Part shown: positions 53,401-62,400 of the stretch, piece after piece | Position numbering within the stretch: position 1 is the stretch's first letter | Layout of the letters: each line of letters opens with the position of its first letter | DNA from: Halocafeteria seosinensis | Lineage: Eukaryota | Assembly: GCA_001687465.1 (NCBI GenBank) | Contig: LVLI01000353.1 | Coordinates: 1-64,000 of the forward strand | Direction: 5' to 3' | DNA: 64,000 nt | Position numbers and translations under genes: made by a program | Notes under the pieces: generated by a model | What the model was told of the DNA's origin: nothing | The model's input: the letters and a program-made list of their open reading frames with translations, nothing else | Database searches by the model: none

Positions 53401-56400
53401 CGCTCCACCACTTTCAATTGCAATCATGCCACTGTTGCTGCCTGTCGCGTCACCAGTGCTCACCCCAACATTGCCACTGTTAGCCGTTGAATCACCTGTA
53501 TGCACTTCAATCTTACCAGATGTTCCTGAGGTGATACCGCTCAACACATGCACCAACCCTGAGTTGCCGTTGGAATCTCCACTGGCAAGTGCGACGTTGC
53601 CACTGTTCAAAGTTGTAGAGTCTCCTGATTGAAGTATCAATTGACCTCCCGTCCTTCTATGGCTAGTCCCACCTATAGCAATCACATGCCCACCATTCCT
53701 GCTACCCAAAGCTAGAAGCGATATACTGCCACCGATAGAATCAGTCAGACCAGTCGAAATGCTGACATATCCTGTGTTTGCTCCATTAACTGATCCACTG
53801 AGTAGCTCCATTCTTCCTGAGTCACCCCCATTTCCATCGCCAGTACCTAAGGTGAGTCTCCCACTGCCGCCATGAAAACTGCGACCGCTACTTAGCATAG
53901 CCTCACCAGACTCTCCATGATCGGTGAAGCCACCACGTATTTGTACAAATCCAGTCGTACCATCGGTAGAGTCACCCGTTAAAATGGACACGGAACCAGT
54001 ATCTCCGCAGTGTACTGAAGGCACCGTAAATGAGACTCTACCGGAGCCACCACTGTTGCCACCGCCACTGCCTATGAAAATGTCTCCCCCAACATGCTCA
54101 GACGAGTCTCCTCCAGCAAGGACAATGCGGGCACCTTCTTTGATAGAGCTTTGTCCAGCTGCAATGGAGAGTGCCCCGCTAGTGCCTTCAGTGGATTTTT
54201 CTATTGATATATTGATTCGTCCGCTATTCCCCGTGGCACTGATTCCACTTGACAATACAATAGATCCTGAATCTCCGTCTGTACTTTTTCCAGTTCCCAG
54301 TGTTAGTTTTCCAGCATTCCCATCGAAGGAGCGCCCGCTGCTTAAAACTGTACTGCCAGTATCCCCTATTAGTGACGTGTCACCACTTCGATGTCTAACA
54401 GCACCAGTTTTTCCAGATGTACTGTGACCGGAAAATACACTCATCGCCCCAGTAGAAGCGTCATCAATAGGAACGTAGATCCAGACAGCACCAGTATCCC
54501 CAGTCGCATCACCTCCACCACTCGATATTGTAACACTCCCTCCTTGGTTTACCATAGACGTTCCTGAGCTTATTAACATGTCAGAGCCTACTCCATGCGT
54601 TGAATACCCTACTATGAGAGAAATGGAACCTGAGATGTCCCCATCACCGCTTGCAAAGAGAATATCTCCTGATCCACCGCTTCCCAATGCCTCACCTGAG
54701 GCTACTGTTAGGCTCCCTGATGTCCCTAGTACTGTGTTTCCCGTCGAAATTGACACCGAGCCAGCATCGCCATTTGTCGCGGTCCCACTCTTCCCGACTA
54801 TGTCACCAGTATTCCCCGTTGTTGACGACGATGTCAACAAGGTAACTTTCCCGGTGTCAGCAACATCCGAGATCTTTGTGCTTATGTCTACGTGGCCGCT
54901 ACTTCCTTTATTTGTGTGCCCCGTTTCCAATATGATATTCCCACCATTGCCCTCACCAGACTTGCCTACTTCTAGACTGAGACTGCCAGCCGTGCCTTGT
55001 GTACTGTCACCAACTTGTATACTCACATATCCACCGCTATCACCCTCTCCACTGCTCAAGATGATATTTCCGGAGTCACCCCCATTTCCATCGCCAGTAC
55101 CTAACGTGAGTCTCCCACTGCCGCCATGAAAACTGCGACCGCTGCTTAGCATAGCCTCACCAGACTCTCCATGATCGGTGAAGCCACCACGTATTTGTAC
55201 AAATCCAGTCGTACCATCGGTAGAGTCACCCGTTAAAATGGACACGGAACCAGTATCTCCGCAGTGTACTGAAGGCACCGTAAATGAGACTCTACCGGAG
55301 CCACCACTGTTGCCACCACCACTGCCTATGAAAATGTCTCCCCCAACATGCTCAGACGAGTCTCCTCCAGCAAGGACAATGCGGGCACCTTCTTTGATAG
55401 AGCTTTGTCCAGCTGCAATGGAGAGTGCCCCGCTAGTGCCTTCAGTGGATTTTTCTATTGATATATTGATTCGTCCGCTATTCCCCGTGGCACTGATACC
55501 ACTTGACAATACAATAGATCCTGAATCTCCGTCTGTACTTTTTCCAGTTCCCAGTGTTAGCTTCCCGCTTTTCCCGTCATTTGTAGATTGTGACTGTAGG
55601 ACAGCAGCTCCCGTAGAACCAAGATTCGCTTTCCCAGTAAGAGCTGCTACAGAACCAGTGGCGGCACCGTTTGATCCAGAAACTAGAGATATGCTTCCAC
55701 TGTTGCCTGTTTGGGCAGCCGAAGTAGCAAAATCAATTTGTCCCATTGGCCCACTATACAGTGATATGGTTCCACCAGCGGAAGCCCCAGAGTCCCCTGC
55801 CTCCACAACAATACGCCCGCCTTTCGCAGAATCATTCGCAAGTAGTGATACAGCGCCTCCAGCTCCGTTGGATCCGCCCACAGCTATAATAACATATCCC
55901 GTGTTGCCGCAGCTCCCGTTCGTTTTAATTGTTATGCTTCCAGAAGATTTTTGTGACGCACCTCCGCTCTCTATAGCGATGGACCCACTTGAGGCAGAGT
56001 TAGAGACTCCGGTGAGGACCGATAGATCGCCAGTATCACCAGCGTTTGTGGTGCCTGATCTTATGTACAGAAGTCCACTACTGCCACTATTTGTCAATCC
56101 CGAGAAAGCTGATATAGATCCGGTGTTACCACCTTCGCGAGAAAAGAGAGTTATTTTCCCTGAGCTGGTTTTGGAGGTGCCACTTTCAATACTCACGTCG
56201 CCCCCAAATCCATTGTCCGCATCGCCGGAACGGACGTATACGCTTATTTCCGGGGAAATATTGCCCCTACCGGTTTCGATAGTTACACCACTAGCTGTTG
56301 CTGCTGTAAGTGAGCATCCCGTCCGAATAGTAACACCACCCGATGAGCTCTTTGCACTTCCGCTCTGCAGATATATTTCCCCCGATGGTTCGCAGCTGCC

Positions 56401-59400
56401 TTTTCCTGTGAAAAGACTCACTGCTCCTGAGCATCCCTGAGCTTTTCCAGTGAGCATATTAATTTGTCCTGTGTTTCCTCCAGTTCCAGTCGTAGCGGAA
56501 AGGCTCCCTGTGTTCCCTAAAGTGGAAGATCCACTGGCCACCACTATGTCACCTGACGAGCTCGCTACTGAGGTACCAGTTTTAACTTCAACTGAGCCGC
56601 TGTTACTCTTTGCATCCAGCGAAAGAAGGTTCACGTCTCCAGAATTCAAATAAGCATCATTTGCAATAATTGAGATCGACCCAGAAAACATGGATGAAGA
56701 CCCTGTGGAGAACGCAATACCGCCGCTGGCGGTGTTGGCCGTCCCCGTATGAAAGCTGACGTATCCAGAGTCGCCTCCATTGGCGTCCCCTGAAAATGCA
56801 TCCATACTACCGGTCACTTCACCATCATCTGTAAAAGCCGTAATAGAGCCTGTTCGGGCAGTGGTACTTGTACCACTTCGCAACCAAATCAAACCGCTGG
56901 CGACGTCATTGGTCTCCCCAGTCGAGAAGCTCAGTTCACCACTTGTGCGAGCACTACCGCTCCGGATGGTCAATCGTCCCGTGTTCCCACTTCCATCTGA
57001 TGATAACACTTCAAGCACTCCGGTGTTGGTTCCACTGCCTGTTGTGACAGAAATATATCCACCTGGAGATGTTCTAGACGATGTTCCAGAGGAAATCACG
57101 ATGTTTCCTGAATGCAGGTCTGCGTTACCACTATTCATATACAAACTACCTCCTTGGTTTGCGGCTTGCTTGGCCATAAGCGCTATAACACCGCTATTAT
57201 TTCCCTTTCCTGAGACGATGCAAATTGTTTGGGTATCTCTCCCTCGTTGAGACACAATATGGATGTCGCCGGTACCAGTTGCTCCGTTGCCACTTTGCAA
57301 CACAATGCTTCCGCTATCTTCGCAGCTTGACATTCCGCTCTGTAAAGTAATCGAGCCACTACTGGTATCACTGGCACCAGAAACTAGTTTCAATGCCCCG
57401 GATTCTGTAGCTGAACAGGCACTAGAAATACTTAAACTTCCGGAGCTGCCGCTGGCACCCCCTCCTGTAGCGATGCTAATTGCCCCGCCAACTGCCGTCG
57501 CGTCTACAGTAGAGCCCCCCCTGATGACCACATCGGCACCGTTTCCTGAATTTGACACACCGAGGACAATTCCAAAGAGAGAATCCACGTCTGAAGCCGA
57601 TTCACCAATAAAAAAGAGTAGGTCTCCCCTAGAAGATGCTGCTGAGCCAGTTATGATTCGCAGCTTTCCCGCATTTTGCTCGGCAGAATTCCCTGTAATA
57701 ATGGAAACTTTACCGGAGCTACTGACTGCATTCGCACTTGATAAAACTAGAGACCCAGATCCAGAACAAGCGTCTCCTGATTGTATGCGCACCGAGCCAG
57801 TAGAGCCACATGCGGTTCCAGACTGGAGCAGGAGAGTGCCGCTATCACCAGTACGAGCTGCCTCCCCGGTGCTAAGTTTAATCAGCCCACCACGTGTTCC
57901 AGAGCCTCCAATTAAAGAAACGCTCCCACTGTTAGTACCAGCTTGACCAGATAAGAACACAAGTCGTCCCGAACACTGAACAGAGTGGCCACTGAACATG
58001 TCCAGCTCACCAGTCACAGAGTGACCACTGCTAGAGGCGATTTGAAATCTCCCGCTTCTCCCTGCTGTAACATCTCCCGTAGCGTACCGGATATCCCCAG
58101 AAGACGAAGATGTTGACGTGCCAGTGAAGAGATTAAACGTGCCAGTGTTGGAGTTCAACGTGGCACGCCCAGTCTTTATGTACAGGTCCCCCGTTACACC
58201 GTCGTCGGTGTCCTCCGTTAGTATTTTTGACCGAATGCTTCGCGAAACCATAACAACGTGCCCTCCTCGCATTTCAGCCGAGCCGGACTCTATTACCAGA
58301 GGGGAAGGTTTACCCTTCGTGGACGCGCCACTGATGATTGAAAGCGGTCCGGAAGCTATCTCAATCCTACCGCTATTGGCACCGGTCGCAAGCCCTGTGG
58401 AAACAATTATTTCCCCACTCCTTCCTTCCTTGGCGTCTCCAGTCAGTGCAACCATTGCACCACTCGTTCCGATCTTACTATTGCCCGTCTCGAGAACGGC
58501 ATCCCCGGTATCTCCTGACACCACCGCTACCCCGGACAACACCAGCATGGCACCGGTGTTCTCCTTGGTAGTGAAGCCACTATCGATCAACACACTGCCC
58601 GAATCGCCTTGTAGGACGTTTGAAGTTATGATGTTGATGCTTCCTGAGCAAGTCGTATCTCCTGTTCCAGAAGAGATAGATACTGGACCGCCGATTTTCG
58701 TCGAAGAACAGCCAGCGCTGATGACGACGTCACCATGGTTAAAAGCCAGACCTTCTCGAACGACAACAGAAATGCTACCAGCACTACCTTCAGTTGATGC
58801 AGCAGAGGACCGTAACAGAATATACCCGGCATTGCCACTTTCCGTTGCTCCTCCAGAGAGTCGTATCCCGCCGGAATCGCCACAGTTGCTACCACCTGTG
58901 AGAAACAGGAGTCTGCCGGATCGTGTTGCGGCGACTCCGGTAAACAAGCTTAGGCTCCCCGAGGAACCATTAGTGGATTCGCCAATGAATAGCTCTACGT
59001 GTCCTGTGTTCCCCATGTTCGCATATCCCGTTTTCATCGTCAATTTCCCGGATCTATGGCTATTTCCAGAGGTGAAAATGGACACAGACGCCCCATCACC
59101 CCCTTCAATGCTGCCTCCACCAGAGATCTTGGTTTCTCCAGAGTCCCCACTGAGCTTCGACGTTCCACTTTGTGCGACAAATCTTCCTCCGTTCCCATCT
59201 GTAGCATCCCCTCCCCGAAGTAAGATGCGTCCGCCATCGCCGGTACTGGTTGAACCCGTTCTAAAGGAGATGAAGCCAGCTGCACCACATTCAACTCTTC
59301 CACTTGACAACTGAAAAGAACCGCTAAGTGACTTCCCCCCAGATGTCAAGAGGTCAACTCTGCCGGTGTCTCCTTCACTTGACTCTCCCGTCGAAATGGT

Positions 59401-62400
59401 CATCTCGCCACTGTCGAGTTGCGACTTTCCTGAGAACAACACAACCTCACCTGACCTTCCTGAGTTAGATTCACCGCTTCTGAAAGATAACTGTCCTGTA
59501 GCGGCTTGAGTGCTTTCAGCAGACTTGAGGGTCACGGTTCCGGAGACGCCTTTAGAAGTACCCGAATAGAAACCAATCCATCCACCCTCAACGGAGCCAC
59601 AGCCTGCGTGGAGAATAATGCATCCGCTGTCCCGCTTGGAGTTTCCAGTCAACATGGAAATACTTCCCATTGTGTTTGAGGATATTATCTTCATTCGCAC
59701 GTAGCCGCTAGTTCCTTGTTCTGATGCGCCTGAGTAAAACCACAAGCCTCCTGAATCCTTGTTTGCGTCGCCAGTGCTGAGAGTGACAGAGCCTGAAGAC
59801 ATACCACTGCAACCAGTATCCAGCGACACAGATCCTGAGTTTGCAGTCGAGGTGCCGGACAAAATGCTTATACCACCTGTAGAAATGGCACTTGAGCTTC
59901 TGAGTGCGACGTTTCCAGAAGATGTTCCGGCTGTGCCGGTAGTAGTAGAAACGAGTCCCGACGTGCCGCTCCTGGAGGATCCGGTCATCATGGTAATCGT
60001 ACCCGAGCTCTTATTCCCTCGTCCTGTACTAAAAGTGACACTCCCACCAGCAACTTCTCCAAATGATGACAAAGCTCTAATGTCTCCAGAATTGCCTGCG
60101 TTTGATACTCCTGTGCGCAGCACTTGGAAGCCGCTACATTCCACTTCCGCGGTCCCTGTTACAACCTTTACTTGGCCGGAGTCTGAGGTAGCAGCTTCAC
60201 CCGTAAAAGTAGCAACACTGCCGGTGTTCATAGATTCTTTAACGCCCGAACGGAAGCTGACTCCACCACTACGTTGGTCTCCCTCCAGTGTTAGAACAAG
60301 CACGCTTCCTGTTTGTCCTGATTCTACAGAGCCGCTCCGGAAAGTGATAGTTCCCGAAGAGGCTCCTTCACCAGTACTCACATTTATGTCTCCAGAAGAG
60401 TGACTGCTTTCTCCACTGTTGATTGTCAAGCCACCGGTATCTTGACAATTGCTGCTTCCAGAGGCCAAGAAAACATTTCCAGACCGGTGGCTCGAAGCTC
60501 CAGAACCTAGTTCAAGGTGTCCGCTTGTTGCATCACGGCCGGTGCTCAGTTGTATGTCGCCACTGCGCTTGCTAGCTCTCCCTGTGAAAGCCCGCACTGC
60601 CGACGACCTACATGCGTCTCCACTCACAAACAGGATGTTCCCTGAGTTTCCTTCCACAGCATTCCCCGTTGAAAAACTAATATACCCTGACTTTGCAGTG
60701 TGCATAGAATTGCTTGAGTGAAGGGTGATTTGACCTTCCGCAACGACATTGACTTCACCACCGCGAGTTGACTGCGAACTAGCAGAAAAGACGACAGCAC
60801 CAGTTTGTCGGGAAGCATTTCCTGTTATCAGCGAAATGGATCCAGAGTTCCCGAACAAGGTATTGCCTGAGTGAATGAGCACTCTGCCAGATGTTTTGAG
60901 CCCTTGAGCGTTTCCTGTTTCCATCAACACGTTCCCAGAATAGCCGCCGCTATTCCCTGTCGTGACTTCAATCCTCCCAGAATCTATCTGTGAACCACCT
61001 GTCAAAAGTTCAACCTTTCCAGTATTCTTATCTGCAGAGCTCCCGCTTCCGGCTAGGACTGCTCCCGAGTTTTCACTGGAGGACCCTGACATATAGTCCT
61101 GACTGCCAGTGTTCCCAACTCCAGAGGAAGATGTGCTGGTTAGTATGCTGCCACTGCAAGATCCGGTACCACTTAGCAAGTAGAAACTACCTCCATGAAA
61201 AGTGGAAGAGTGGGATGAGCCACTTCTTATGGCAATGGAGCCACCAACAGCATGTCCTGTTGAAACAACAAGCGAAATTGCGCCTGAATTTCCGGACAGC
61301 GAATCACTAGTCCTAAGCCGCATGGTACCACTGTTTCCCTCGTTAGATGTGCCAGTAACGAGGGTTACCATGCCACTTCGAGAATTACCTATTCCACTGC
61401 CAATAGTGGCACCCCCACTTTTTCCCCGCAAGGACCTTCCGGAACTCAAAACAACTCTGCCGCCGTTTCCCTCCTGAATTGTCCCAGTGTCAATATGGAT
61501 GTAACCAGAATTCCCTTTCGGTGTACTTCCCGAGATACCTAGAATGGCTCCAGAATAGGAGTTGCTAGAGGGGCTACGTATATAGGCAGAACCGCTATGG
61601 CATCCATGCCCAGTAAAGACGGAAACAGCTCCGCCTTCGTTTACAGCAGCTTGTCCTGCACGTACAAGGACATCTCCGCCTGTGGCATGTGATCGTCCGA
61701 CTAAAAGAGACACGGACCCAGTAGAAATGCCTGCTGTGGCGGAATTGAGCAAGATATGACCGGTCGATGCGTCATCAGCGTTCCCGGAAACCAATGCAAT
61801 GGCACCACTGGAACTATGCTTAGCATCGCCGGAGGCGAGGAGCACCGCACCACTGTTTCCCTGGGTAGTCTTCCCTGAACCGAGTATCCCATTACCGCTA
61901 TCCCCATCGGAGCACCTGCCAGAACCTATACTTATTGGTCCGGTGTTTCCTTCCGGGGTAATGCCGCTTCTAACTGACATTCTTCCTGTCGACCCCGTCT
62001 TACTGATGGTCGATGCTATATGGAGGGCTCCGCTGTCACTAGACGACCCCCCTCCACTGGATAGGGATAACGCTCCCCCGATATTGGATACGGCGTCTCC
62101 CGCCTGTATAGTAACGGCACCGCCGTTGCCTTTATTCGAACTTCCCACAGAGAGGGAAATAGGCCCTGAGTTTCCGTGGGTGGATGAGCCGGAGTACAAA
62201 AGCGCGTCTCCACTCATGTCATTCCCATTACCGGAAGCAATGCGGATATTTCCCGAGTTATCACCGTTTCCCGAGTGTATCGTGATCTGACCCGAGTGGC
62301 TCTTACCAGAGGCGCCTGATCGCAGCGTCAACGAACCAGAGCCTCCGCGTTCTGTGTTCCCACTAACAAAAGAAACGAAACCACTGTTGTTATCCTGTAA

